A stretch of 64,000 bases of DNA, taken from an uncultured Chloroflexia bacterium. GTDB lineage: Bacteria; Chloroflexota; Limnocylindria; Limnocylindrales; CSP1-4. The stretch covers positions 192,001 to 256,000 of the forward strand of contig CAVTHS010000008.1 in NCBI GenBank assembly GCA_963734535.1, in the 5' to 3' direction. Shown here in pieces: positions 27,810 through 37,522 of this stretch. Within the stretch, counting starts at the first letter, position 1; every line of letters begins with the position of its first letter. The notes under the pieces are model-generated. The model worked only from the letters and a program-made list of their open reading frames with translations, did no database searches and was not told the DNA's origin. The position numbers were made by a program, and so were the translations under genes.

Positions 27810-29501
27810 TCAGCCGCGGAGGCGCGCCTCCACGTCGGCAAGCGGCTCGATCGCGCGCTCGCCGGTCGCCCGGACGGTCACCTCGATGCCGCCCGCGGCG
27901 AGCGAGCGCGGGCTGACCGTCATGATGACGGGCATCCCCAGGAGCTCGGCGTCCGTGAACTTCACACCGGGAGACTCGTCGCGGTCGTCCCACAGGATCT
28001 CGTGCCCGGCGCCGAGGGCCAGCTCGTGCAGCCGCCCGGCCACCTCCGCGATGTGCGGGTCCTTCGCGGCGCCCAGCGACACCAGGTGCGCGGCGTACGG
28101 CGCCACCTCCGCCGGCCAGGCGATCCCCTTCGCGTCGTGATGCGCCTCGACGACACAGGCGAGGGCGCGTCCGACGCCGATCCCGTAGCTGCCCATCACG
28201 ATCGGGTGGCGGCCCCCGTCCTCGCCCAGGTACTCGGCGCCGAGCGCGGTCGTGTATTTCGTGCCGAGCTTGAAGATGTTCCCGACCTCGATTCCGTTCC
28301 GCAGGATCACCGGCGCACCGCAGGTGGGGCAGCCATCGCCCTCGCGGGCGCTCGAGAGATCCGCGACGAGGTCCGGCGCGTAGTCGCGCGGGACGTTCAC
28401 GTTGCGCAGGTGGAACCCGTGCCGGTTCGCCCCGGCGACGAGGTTCGACGACCGTGCAACCAGGGTGTCGACCACCACGAACGTGTCGCGCGCGCCGATC
28501 GGCGATGCGTAGCCGGGCACCATCCCGGCAGCCTCGATCTCCTCCGCCCGGGCGGGCCGGAGGTCGGCGGCCATTGCGACGTTAGCGAGCTTCGTCTCGT
28601 TGACGTCCATGTCGCCGCGAACGATCGCCGTGATCAGGCGGGCGTCGCGGTCCACGAAGAACGTCGCCTTCGCGGTCTCCTCCGGGCTCACCTCGAGGAA
28701 CGCGGCCAGGTCGGCGATCGTCGCCGCGCCCGGCGTCGCGACCTCCTCGAGCGGGAGCGCCGGCTCGGACGGCGGCTCGGAGACGCGCACCGTCGCGACC
28801 TGGCGGTTGGCCGAGAAGCCGCACGTCTCGCACAGGACCAGGACATCCTCGCCATACGGGTTGAGGACCATGAACTCGTGGGCCTGCGATCCGCCCATCA
28901 TGCCGACGTCGGACGCGACCGCGATGGCGTGGAGTCCCAGGCGCTCGAAGATGCGCGTGTAGGCCTCGTAATGCCGCTCGTAGCTGACGTCGAGCCCGGC
29001 GAGGTCCAGGTCGCAGCTGTACGAGTCCTTCATCACGAACTCGCGGACACGGATCAGGCCGCCGCGCGCACGGGGCTCGTCGCGCCACTTCGTCTGGAAG
29101 TGGTAGACCATCATCGGGAGCTGGCGATAGGACTTCACGATGTCACGCAGGAGATCTGCCACGACCTCCTCGTGGGTCATCGCGAGGACCATGTCGCGGC
29201 CGGCGCGATCCTTGAAGCGCGCCATCTCCGGCCCGATCGCGTCGTATCTGCCGGTCTCGCGCCACAGCTCCGCCGGGTGCACCACCGGCATCTCCATCTC
29301 CTGGCAGCCGATCCGGTCCATCTCCTCGCGGATCACCTGCTCCACGCGCTTGGCGACCCGGAATCCGAGGGGCAGCAGCGAGTAGATCCCCGAGCCCAGC
29401 TGCCGGACGTAGCCGGCCCGGACCAGCAGGCGATGCGATGGCATCTCCGCATCGTTGGGGTCGTCGCGGAGCGTGGCGAAGAACAGCTGGCTGAGGCGCA
29501 T
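27810..29501 (-). CDS. proS: Proline--tRNA ligase
   Basis: MRLSQLF..., THEEV, RDEPRARGGLIRVREF, editing domain, GIEVGNIFKLGTKY, MGSYGIG. Confidence 0.97.
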   Translation of the reverse strand: MRLSQLFFATLRDDPNDAEMPSHRLLVRAGYVRQLGSGIYSLLPLGFRVAKRVEQVIREEMDRIGCQEMEMPVVHPAELWRETGRYDAIGPEMARFKDRAGRDMVLAMTHEEVVADLLRDIVKSYRQLPMMVYHFQTKWRDEPRARGGLIRVREFVMKDSYSCDLDLAGLDVSYERHYEAYTRIFERLGLHAIAVASDVGMMGGSQAHEFMVLNPYGEDVLVLCETCGFSANRQVATVRVSEPPSEPALPLEEVATPGAATIADLAAFLEVSPEETAKATFFVDRDARLITAIVRGDMDVNETKLANVAMAADLRPARAEEIEAAGMVPGYASPIGARDTFVVVDTLVARSSNLVAGANRHGFHLRNVNVPRDYAPDLVADLSSAREGDGCPTCGAPVILRNGIEVGNIFKLGTKYTTALGAEYLGEDGGRHPIVMGSYGIGVGRALACVVEAHHDAKGIAWPAEVAPYAAHLVSLGAAKDPHIAEVAGRLHELALGAGHEILWDDRDESPGVKFTDAELLGMPVIMTVSPRSLAAGGIEVTVRATGERAIEPLADVEARLRG

Positions 29502-29550
29502 GGACCAAGCATAGCGGCCGGAGGGCGGGCAGAGCCTCGACCCGAAACGT

Positions 29551-29949
29551 TCAGCCCGGCTCCGCCGGCAGCCAGCTCGTCCAGGCGGCGATGAGCCGGG
29601 GCCGCCGCGGGTCCAGCTCGAGCCAGCGCACCGCGTAGGCGAGATCGAGCGGCGCGGCGGCTGCCCCGCGCAGGGCCATCCGAAGCCCGGCTTCCCTGCT
29701 GAACGACGCCGCGAGCGTCCCGCGCAGCTCGATCGGTCCAAGCTGGGCCCGGATCTCGTCGACCTCCCGGCCGAAGCCCGGCACACGCCAGGGCGGCGGG
29801 ACGGTCCCCGTCTCGACGGCCCGCAGGAGCTCGGCCGCGCGCAGGGAGAGCAGGGACGCCAGCGGTTCGTCTGCGACAGGGGCAGCCCGGTGAAGACGAA
29901 GGAGGCGACGGCGGGAACGCTCCAGGCCCGGGAATGGCTCGACGATCAC
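29551..29949 (-). CDS. Hypothetical protein
   Basis: 132-aa ORF with typical composition filling the gap. GACGAT 7 nt before GTG. No family recognised. Confidence 0.6.
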   Translation of the reverse strand: MIVEPFPGLERSRRRLLRLHRAAPVADEPLASLLSLRAAELLRAVETGTVPPPWRVPGFGREVDEIRAQLGPIELRGTLAASFSREAGLRMALRGAAAAPLDLAYAVRWLELDPRRPRLIAAWTSWLPAEPG

Positions 29950-29972
29950 GTGCTGGATCGTCGATCGCGCCC

Positions 29973-30027
29973 GTGAATGCCGTGTGGTCGACGGGTTAAC
30001 GTGCTGTTGCGCCGCTGTCGAACCGCA
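29973..30027. promoter_or_regulatory. PHO-box-like array between divergent hypothetical gene and pit
   Basis: GT-initiated units at 29973, 29984, 29995, 30006, 30017 (11-bp period). Minus strand reads GTTAAC-CCGTC-GACCAC-ACGGC-ATTCAC. Confidence 0.62.
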
Positions 30028-30112
30028 CGGGCTCGTGCGCGCGATACTTGCCGGCGATGCCCGCCAGACGCACGAAAGCCGATCGTAACCATTCCCTTAC
30101 GGAGTGCGGCTG

Positions 30113-31105
30113 GTGACCGCCACGCTTGTCGTGGTCCTCCTGCTGGCGGTCGCCTTCGACTACATCAACGGCTTCCACGACACGGCAAACGCCATCGCCA
30201 CGTCGGTGGCAACGCGGGCGCTGCGACCACAGCACGCGATCCTCATGGCGGCGGCATTCAACTTCATCGGCGCGTTTGCCGGGACCGCGGTTGCGAAGAC
30301 GATCGGCGCGGGTCTCGTGAACGAGGCGACGACGTCGCAGACGATCGTCGTCGCTGCCCTTCTCGGCGCGATCGCCTGGAACCTGCTGACGTGGCGCCTG
30401 GGCATCCCCAGCTCCAGCAGCCACGCCCTCATCGGATCGCTGCTGGGCGCCACGATCCTGGCCGCGGGCACGGGCGCCGTGAAGTGGAGCGGCCTGGTGG
30501 ACAAGGTGCTGCTCCCGCTCGTCACGTCGCCGGTCCTCGGCTTCATCATCGCCTTCTTCCTCATGATCGCGCTCTACTGGATCTTCCGGCGAGCAAGCCG
30601 GCGCCCGATGACGCGGGGCTTCCGGCGGCTCCAGGTCCTGTCTGCCGGCTACATGGCCTTCAGCCACGGCTCCAACGACGCGCAGAAGACGATGGGGATC
30701 GTCACGCTCGCGCTCTTCTCGGCGGGCGTCATCCCCACGGTCGACGTCCCGGTCTGGGTGATCGTCGGGGCCGCCAGCGCGATCTCGCTGGGCACTGCCG
30801 TCGGGGGCTGGCGGATCATGCGGACGATGGGCCGCCGGGTGGTGGAGCTGGAGCCGATCCACGGCTTCGCCGCCGAGACCACGGCCGCGACGGTCCTGCT
30901 CGCGACGGCCCACTTCGGGATGCCCGTCTCCACCACGCACGTCATCTCGAGCGCGATCATGGGTGTCGGCTCGAGCAAGGGACCGCGCGGCGTCCGCTGG
31001 GGCGTGGCGCGCACCATCGTCATTGCCTGGGTCGTGACGCTCCCGGCCACCGCCCTTGCGGGCGCGCTGGCGTGGGCCGTCCTTTCGACCGCCGGCGTCC
31101 GGTAA
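30113..31105 (+). CDS. pit: Inorganic phosphate transporter (PiT family)
   Basis: NGFHDTANAIAT, PSSSSHAL, HGSNDAQKTMG, PVSTTH. Confidence 0.95.
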   Translation: MTATLVVVLLLAVAFDYINGFHDTANAIATSVATRALRPQHAILMAAAFNFIGAFAGTAVAKTIGAGLVNEATTSQTIVVAALLGAIAWNLLTWRLGIPSSSSHALIGSLLGATILAAGTGAVKWSGLVDKVLLPLVTSPVLGFIIAFFLMIALYWIFRRASRRPMTRGFRRLQVLSAGYMAFSHGSNDAQKTMGIVTLALFSAGVIPTVDVPVWVIVGAASAISLGTAVGGWRIMRTMGRRVVELEPIHGFAAETTAATVLLATAHFGMPVSTTHVISSAIMGVGSSKGPRGVRWGVARTIVIAWVVTLPATALAGALAWAVLSTAGVR

Positions 31106-31127
31106 CGGGCTGCAAGGGAGCTGCCAC

Positions 31128-31742
31128 ATGGTCCGCCTCATCCCCCGCGACGAAGCATTCACCGAGATCTTCATCCGCGACGGCGAGAACCTCCTCGCCG
31201 CGGCGCGGGCGCTCGAGGAGCTCGTCGTCACGTTCGACCGGCTCGACGAGCGGGTGGCCGCGATCCAGGCGCTCGAGCACGAGGGCGACCAGATCGACGC
31301 GGAGATCGCCGTCCGGCTCGAACGCGCCTTCATCACGCCCTTCGACCGCGAGGACATCCACGAGCTGACCAGCCGGCTTGACGACGTGGTGGACGGGATC
31401 CAGGAGGTCGCGGAGACCTTCGTGATCTACGGGATCGAGAAGCCCACGCCCGAGGCCCGCCAGCTCGCGGGGATCATCGCGGGCCAGGGCGCCGAGCTCC
31501 TCGCGGCGCTCCGCCTGCTCGACAAGCCCGAGACGATGCAGGCGCACCTCCGGTCGGTGCACACGCTGGAGAACGAGGCCGACGGGCTCTCGCGGGCGGC
31601 GATCGGCCGGCTCTTCCGCGAGCGGATGGACCCGCTCGACGTGATCCGGTTCCGCGACCTCTACATCGCGCTGGAGGAGACGATCGACGCGGCCGAGGAC
31701 GCCGCCGAGATCCTGGAGCGGATCGCCGCCAAGGGCGTCTGA
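31128..31742 (+). CDS. DUF47 / PhoU-like Pit accessory protein
   Basis: LEHEGD, FITPFDREDI, LENEAD. Follows pit. Confidence 0.92.
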   Translation: MVRLIPRDEAFTEIFIRDGENLLAAARALEELVVTFDRLDERVAAIQALEHEGDQIDAEIAVRLERAFITPFDREDIHELTSRLDDVVDGIQEVAETFVIYGIEKPTPEARQLAGIIAGQGAELLAALRLLDKPETMQAHLRSVHTLENEADGLSRAAIGRLFRERMDPLDVIRFRDLYIALEETIDAAEDAAEILERIAAKGV

Positions 31743-31811
31743 GCGCCGGCACGGTCGTCGATCGGTGCGCCCGCATTCCGCGGACCCGGCGCGCTCCGTC
31801 GCCGTCGCCGC

Positions 31812-32501
31812 TCAGGCCGGCCGGCGGAACACGTAGCCGACGCCGCGCACGGTGTGGAGGTAGACCGGCGAGGCCAGGTCCGGCTCGATCGCGGCGCGCA
31901 GCCAGTGGATATGCACGTCCACGGTGCGGGTCTCGCCCGCGTAGTCGTAACCCCACACGTGCTCCAGGAGCTGCTCCCGGGTCAGCACCTGGCCCGGATG
32001 ACGAAGCAGATACGCGAGCAGCTCGAACACCTTCGGCTTGAGCGGCACGCGCTCGCCATCCCGGAGCAGGCGATGCCCGGCGAGATCGACGGTCAGCGCC
32101 CCGAGCTCCACCAGGGGCAGTGGGGCTTCGGCGAGCTGCTCCGTCCGGCGCAGGAGCGCCCGGATTCGCGCGCTCAGCTCGCGCAGGCTGAACGGCTTCG
32201 TGACGTAGTCGTCCGCCCCGAGCTCGAGGCCGACGACCTTGTCGAGCTCGGAGGTCTTCGCGGTGAGCATGACGATCGGCACGCCCGACTCCGCGCGGAT
32301 GATCCGGCAGACCTCGATCCCGGACAGCTCGGGGAGCATGAGGTCCAGCACCACGAGGTCGGGCTGGTGCTCGCGAAAGCGGCTGAGCGCCTCCCGGCCA
32401 TCGGCGGCGGTGACCACGCGGAAGCCATCCGCATCGAGCGCTTCGGCGAGGGTCTCCCTCAGGACAGGTTCGTCGTCGACGACAAGGATCGTGCGGGCCA
32501 T
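31812..32501 (-). CDS. OmpR-family response regulator, PhoB/RegX3-like
   Basis: VVDDE, LDLMLP, GADDYVTKPF, TRTVDVHI. Phosphate-gene context and upstream PHO-like units. Confidence 0.92.
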   Translation of the reverse strand: MARTILVVDDEPVLRETLAEALDADGFRVVTAADGREALSRFREHQPDLVVLDLMLPELSGIEVCRIIRAESGVPIVMLTAKTSELDKVVGLELGADDYVTKPFSLRELSARIRALLRRTEQLAEAPLPLVELGALTVDLAGHRLLRDGERVPLKPKVFELLAYLLRHPGQVLTREQLLEHVWGYDYAGETRTVDVHIHWLRAAIEPDLASPVYLHTVRGVGYVFRRPA

Positions 32502-32520
32502 GCGCTCTCAAGGATATGCG

Positions 32521-32553
32521 CGCCGGTGAACGCCGCGTTGGCGGATCGTCAAC
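32521..32553 (-). promoter_or_regulatory. PHO-box-like array upstream of response regulator (autoregulation)
   Basis: Minus strand GTTGAC-GATCC-GCCAAC-GCGGC-GTTCAC-CGGCG with 11-bp period, followed by TATCCT. Confidence 0.65.
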
Positions 32554-32577
32554 AGGGGTTCGAGACGCGACGCGCTG

Positions 32578-32970
32578 TCAGCCGCGCTCCCGGTAGAACT
32601 CCGTGAACGATCGGCACCGCCCGCTGTCGTCGAACTCCAGGAGGAAGCAGTTGTCGAACGTGGACCCCTCGACGCGGTGCTCCGGGTCCTCCCAGTAGCG
32701 CGACCACCCGACCGCCACCGCCCGCGACCCATCGACGGCGAAGGGCTCGTAGCGCGCGGCATATGTGCCAGCTTCGTCACGACCGCTGGCCGGGTCGGTG
32801 GGCCCAACCCACGAGGCAAGAATGGCATCGCGGCCGACGACGGGCTCGTCGGCCGGGTGGTAGCGGTATTCAGCACCCTCCGCGAAGAGGTCGGCGATGG
32901 CCGCCGGGTCGTAGGTCTCCCAGGCCGCCACGTAGCGCTCGAGCCAGGCCTGGACGTCATCGCGGGTCAT
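32578..32970 (-). CDS. NTF2/SnoaL-like domain protein
   Basis: WLERYVAAWE...LFAEGAEYRYHP...FDDSGRCRSFTEF. Confidence 0.85.
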   Translation of the reverse strand: MTRDDVQAWLERYVAAWETYDPAAIADLFAEGAEYRYHPADEPVVGRDAILASWVGPTDPASGRDEAGTYAARYEPFAVDGSRAVAVGWSRYWEDPEHRVEGSTFDNCFLLEFDDSGRCRSFTEFYRERG

Positions 32971-33016
32971 GTATCGGCCTCTCCCTTCCTCCCCGTCGGG
33001 CGCCCTTCGGCCTGGC

Positions 33017-34510
33017 TCACGCGGGATCGTCCAACGCGTGAGCGGCCCGGTCGAGCCGCTGCAGCGTGCGCGCCCGACCCAGCGCCACCATCGATTCGAA
33101 GAGCGGCGGGGTCGCGGTCCGGCCGCTGATCGCCACGCGGATCGCCATGAACAGGTCTCCGGCCTTCCAGCCGCGATCGTCGGCGAGCTCGCGCAGCGAC
33201 GGCTCGAGGCGTTCCTTCGTGAAACCCGCCTCGCCCGCCTCCGTGATCTCGGCCAGGGCTGCGGAGAGCCCCGCGCGTGCCGTCGCAGCGTCCCAGCGCT
33301 TGGGCACGAGCAGCGCCGCGTCGGGCACCAGGTCCTCGACGAGCAGGAAGCCCACCAGCTCACCGATCGCCCCGAGCACCGGCAGCCGCTCGCGGACCAT
33401 GGGCAGGAGCCCCACGATCTCGGCGGGCGAAGGCGCCCGGTCGATGCGCCCCGCCGCCGCCTCGGCGGCAAGGAACGGCGCCAGCCGCGCGGCGAGGTCG
33501 TCGTCGGCCAGGCGGCGGATCCACTGGCCGTTGAGCCACTCCAGCCGTCCGCGGTCGAAGATCGCGCCGCCCTTCTGGATGGAGGCGGTGTCGAAACGCG
33601 CGACAAGGTCGTCGAGCGGGAGGATCTCCTCCTCGGTCCCCGTCGACCAGCCCAGGAGGGCGAGGTAGTTGACCAGCGCCTCGCGCACGAACCCCTCGGC
33701 GATGTAGTCCTTCACCGCGGTCTGACTCTTGCGCTTGCTCATCTTCGTCCGGTCCGCGTTGAGGATGAGCGGGAGGTGGGCGAAGACCGGCACCGGATAG
33801 CCGAGGGCGCGGAAGAGGAGGATGTGCTTGGGCGTGTTGGAGAGGTGGTCCTCGCCCCGGATCACGTGGGTGATGCCCATGGCGGCATCGTCCACCACGA
33901 CCCCGAAGTGGTAGAGCGGCGTCCCGTCGTCCCGGACGATCACCAGGTCGCCGCCAAGGGCGCTCGCGTCGATCTCCACGTGGCCGCGGACCATGTCGTC
34001 GAACGCGACCACACCGGGCTCGATCCGGAAGCGGATTGCCGGCCTGCGGCCCTGTGCCGCGAAGGCCGCGCGCTCGTCGGGCGTCAGCGCCGCGCAACGG
34101 CCCCTGTAACGCGAGGGAAGCTTCGCCTCCTCGCGCAGCTTCCGGTCCGCGTCCAGCTCCTCGGGCGTGCAGTAGCAGGGGTACGCCCTGTCTTCCGCGA
34201 GCAGCTGCTCCACTGCCGCGCGGTAGAGATCGCGCCGGGCCATCTGACGATACGGTCCGAATTCGCCGCGCTCGGGAAGCCCGCCGGCCGCGGGACCCTC
34301 GTCCCATTCGAGGCCCAGCCAGTGGAGGTGCTCGAGGATGTCCTCCTCGAACTCGGGGGTGGAGCGCGCGACGTCCGTGTCCTCGAGGCGGAGGATGAAC
34401 GTCCCGCCCGCGTGCCGCGCGAAGAGGAAGTTGAAGAGCGCGGTCCGGGCCGTCCCGATGTGGAGCGGCCCGGTCGGGCTCGGGGCGATGCGGACACGGA
34501 CGGTCGTCAT
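33017..34510 (-). CDS. gltX: Glutamate--tRNA ligase
   Basis: RIAPSPTGPLHIG, YPCYCT, HVIRGEDH, KMSKR. Confidence 0.97.
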   Translation of the reverse strand: MTTVRVRIAPSPTGPLHIGTARTALFNFLFARHAGGTFILRLEDTDVARSTPEFEEDILEHLHWLGLEWDEGPAAGGLPERGEFGPYRQMARRDLYRAAVEQLLAEDRAYPCYCTPEELDADRKLREEAKLPSRYRGRCAALTPDERAAFAAQGRRPAIRFRIEPGVVAFDDMVRGHVEIDASALGGDLVIVRDDGTPLYHFGVVVDDAAMGITHVIRGEDHLSNTPKHILLFRALGYPVPVFAHLPLILNADRTKMSKRKSQTAVKDYIAEGFVREALVNYLALLGWSTGTEEEILPLDDLVARFDTASIQKGGAIFDRGRLEWLNGQWIRRLADDDLAARLAPFLAAEAAAGRIDRAPSPAEIVGLLPMVRERLPVLGAIGELVGFLLVEDLVPDAALLVPKRWDAATARAGLSAALAEITEAGEAGFTKERLEPSLRELADDRGWKAGDLFMAIRVAISGRTATPPLFESMVALGRARTLQRLDRAAHALDDPA

Positions 34511-34580
34511 GGCCGCGATTGTACGGGCGCCGTGGGCAGCCACGGTCGCCGGCGCCGCCGGGGGGTGCAGGGCCGCGGGG

Positions 34581-35312
34581 TCAGCCGGTTCGAAGGCGGC
34601 CCGGGACGCGGTGGAAGAGGGACGGGTCCGCCTCGCCCCGCAGCACGTGGACCAGCGAGGCGGGCCGCAGGCCGAGGGTTGCCCGCCCGATCGGCCCGTC
34701 GAGGGTCACGGCGTCGAGCGACGCGGAGCGGGCCAGGATCTCGATGCGCGCTCCGGGCGTGAGCGCGCGAGCCTCCAGGTACGAGAGGAGCGCGGGATCC
34801 TCCTCCGCCGTCTCGGTGATCCGGTAGATCGTTGCGACGTCGCCCGCCTCGAGGCTCGCGAGTGGCACGCCGGCCGGACGCCGGGCAGCGATCGCGACGT
34901 CGATCGGGTTGCCGTGGGGGCACGTCTCGGGATGGCCCAGCAGCTCGTCGAGGCGTGCCTCCACGCGCGGGGAGATCGCCCCCTGGAGGCGCGCAGCCTC
35001 GACGTCCGACTCGGCCCAGCCCAGCCCCACCACGCTGGTCAGGAGCCACTCGAGCAAAGCGTGGCGACGAAAGATGCCGTCGGCCGCCGCGCGCCCCGGC
35101 TGGGTGAGCGTCAGCTCGCGCCCCTCGGCCTGGCAGACCAGGCCCTCCGCCGCGAGGCGTCGGTACATCTCGCTCGCCGCCTGCGTGGAGACGCCCACGT
35201 GCCGGGCAACGGTGGCCGCGGTCACGCGCGCCTCCTCGACTGCGGCGGACCGCAGGGCCAGCAGGTACTCCTGGGCGGCGCCGGACAGGTCGGACGAGGC
35301 GCGACGGTTCAT
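34581..35312 (-). CDS. DtxR/MntR family metal-dependent regulator with FeoA domain
   Basis: QEYLLAL, RRHALLEWLL, LGHPETCPHGNPI. Confidence 0.9.
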   Translation of the reverse strand: MNRRASSDLSGAAQEYLLALRSAAVEEARVTAATVARHVGVSTQAASEMYRRLAAEGLVCQAEGRELTLTQPGRAAADGIFRRHALLEWLLTSVVGLGWAESDVEAARLQGAISPRVEARLDELLGHPETCPHGNPIDVAIAARRPAGVPLASLEAGDVATIYRITETAEEDPALLSYLEARALTPGARIEILARSASLDAVTLDGPIGRATLGLRPASLVHVLRGEADPSLFHRVPGRLRTG

Positions 35313-35334
35313 CGGCCCATCGTAGCGGCCGTGC

Positions 35335-36166
35335 TCACGGCCGCGTTCGCCACAGTCGCGCCGTCAACCGGACCTTCACGGCGGCAAGTCGGTCCAGGAG
35401 CCGCGGCCAGGCAGCAGACGCGACGCGTGTCGTGGTACTGGGCGCTGGCGCCGGCGCGACGCGCGACCGCGCCGCCCAGCCGGGCGATGCTGTGGCGGCG
35501 GCTCCGGGGACGGCACCCCGCGACGATCGCGGCGCCGGCTCCGGCGCGCCGACGCCGGCTCGGCCCGCCCACCGGGCCGTGTACTCGGGGCCGTGCTTGC
35601 GCGGGTCGGCGTACTCCTTCGGGTTGACGGTCCAGTAGGTGCCGGACACCGGGCCGTACCAGTCCGCGCCCTCCCAGGTTGGCTCACCGGCCTCGCTCGC
35701 CTCGTCGTACGTGGTCGAACCGAGGGTCGCCTTGCGCGGACCGCGCCCGCGCCTGGCACGCTCCCCGGTCCCGCCGGGACCTGCCGCCGACCTCCCGGCG
35801 GAACCCGCCGCCGACCTCCCGCCAGGCTCGCGCGGACGTCTCGCCCATTCGGTGCCCGGCGTCGGCGGGCGCGCCCGGGTCCCCGGGACGCTCCCCGCCC
35901 GCCCGGCCCGCACCCGCGGTCCTCGAACCCTGCTGGGCGGGCCGGCGTCCGGGCGATCGCGCCGCGCCCGGGAGGTCACCGTTCGCGGGGTCCCGGCGAA
36001 CCAGCTCCTCGTAGGCAGCCTGGACCTCCAGGAACCGCGCCACGGAACCCTTGCCCGCGTCGGGGTGATGCCGCTTCGCGAGGAGCCGGTAGGCGCGCTT
36101 GACCTCGGCGACCGACGCCCCCTCTGGCACTCCCAATACCCGGTACGGGTCCCCCCCGGCCGTCAC
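35335..36166 (-). CDS. J-domain (DnaJ-like) protein, frameshifted
   Basis: DPYRVLGV...KRAYRLLAKRHHPD...FLEVQAAYEEL. The aromatic C-terminal block lies in a second frame (35335-35979). Confidence 0.7.
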
Positions 36167-36194
36167 GTCGGCTGCCCCACCCCGCCCGACGGCG

Positions 36195-37322
36195 TCAGCC
36201 GACGAGCTCGCCGACCGGCACGAGGTCGAAGCCGGGGATCGTCTCGGCGGCGATCTTCCCGTGCGGGTCCAGCTGGACCGGACGGTGGTAGCGCCCGAGC
36301 GCCCGGAGCGACTGGCCGCCGACGATCCCGACCAGGCGCAGCGCCTCGACGGCGATCGACCATCCGGCCCGAGCGAAGCCGCCGCCATCCTCCACCTTGA
36401 TCGCGAACGCCGATGCCGGCGTGCCCGACGCCCGGTCAGCGAGGATCGCGATGCCGCGCAGCGCCTCCGCGCCGCCCTTCACCACGAGCCGTCCCGGGAG
36501 CGCCTTCATGAGCGAGGTGTCGAGCCGGTCGCGCGTCCCGCCGACCAGCTCCGGGTTGGCCAGCATCGCGTCCCGGATCACGTGCAACGGCGCCGACAGC
36601 GACCGGCGCGAGTCGGCCGCCGGGACGGCGTCGGGATCGGCCAGGAGAGCGAACGCCGCGGCCACGCCGCGGAGCGAGAACCCGTACGTGTCCACGCCGC
36701 ACTGGTCGGTCGCCGTGACGAGCCGTTCCGGCGTTGTCGCGAACACGCGGGCGACCACGGCGCGGGTGGCAACCTGGACCGGGTGGTCAGGGTGCCAGTA
36801 ATCCTCGAGCGACCAGTCCGCGAGCCTGGCCAGCAGGAGCTGGGCCGCGTGCATCCCGGAGCAGTTGTGGCGGACCGGTCCGGGCTTCTCGCCGTCTCGC
36901 GCCAGGCGGATCGCCGTCAACGCGTCCAGCGGGGCGCCCTCCGTGCCGCACGCGAGGAGCGTCTGGCTGACGCCGGCGCGGCGGAAGACGCCCTGGAGCG
37001 TCCGGACGTGGAGGTCTTCGCCCGAATGGGAGCTGGCCATCACGGCGAGCTCCGCCGCCGACAGGTCGTACTCGCGAACGCCGCCCGCCTCGAGGAGCGC
37101 GATGAGCGTGAACGGCTTGATGCACGACCGAAGGCTCACGACGGCCTCGGGGTCGCCCGCCATTCGGATCACCATGCCGCGAGCGTCGACCTGGACCACG
37201 TGCCCGCGGTGGACGCTCTCGACGATCTCGCCGCGGACGTGACGGGCCAGGACCGGCGCAGCCCTGCGCGACCCCGCGGCAGGACCGGAGCGCACGCTGC
37301 GCGGGGCTCGGGTGGGCGGCAT
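36195..37322 (-). CDS. Asparaginase II family protein
   Basis: ESVHRG, RSCIKPF, SSHSGE, HNCSGMH, DQCG, KGGAEA, KVEDG. Confidence 0.88.
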   Translation of the reverse strand: MPPTRAPRSVRSGPAAGSRRAAPVLARHVRGEIVESVHRGHVVQVDARGMVIRMAGDPEAVVSLRSCIKPFTLIALLEAGGVREYDLSAAELAVMASSHSGEDLHVRTLQGVFRRAGVSQTLLACGTEGAPLDALTAIRLARDGEKPGPVRHNCSGMHAAQLLLARLADWSLEDYWHPDHPVQVATRAVVARVFATTPERLVTATDQCGVDTYGFSLRGVAAAFALLADPDAVPAADSRRSLSAPLHVIRDAMLANPELVGGTRDRLDTSLMKALPGRLVVKGGAEALRGIAILADRASGTPASAFAIKVEDGGGFARAGWSIAVEALRLVGIVGGQSLRALGRYHRPVQLDPHGKIAAETIPGFDLVPVGELVG

Positions 37323-37522
37323 CGATCGAGCATACCGCGCGATCGGGGCAGATGCGGCGCGCCGCCGCCGCGGGCGCAAACGTCCCGCCCTCGAAGACGC
37401 AGGCGCACCGCCGCAGCCCCGTTCACGGGCCGCGCGGATGCTAGGATCGTGCGGGTCGGGATCCGTCGCGCCGCGAGCGTCCCGGCCGGCCAACCGCCCG
37501 CTCCACGCCCGAGGTGCGCGCC

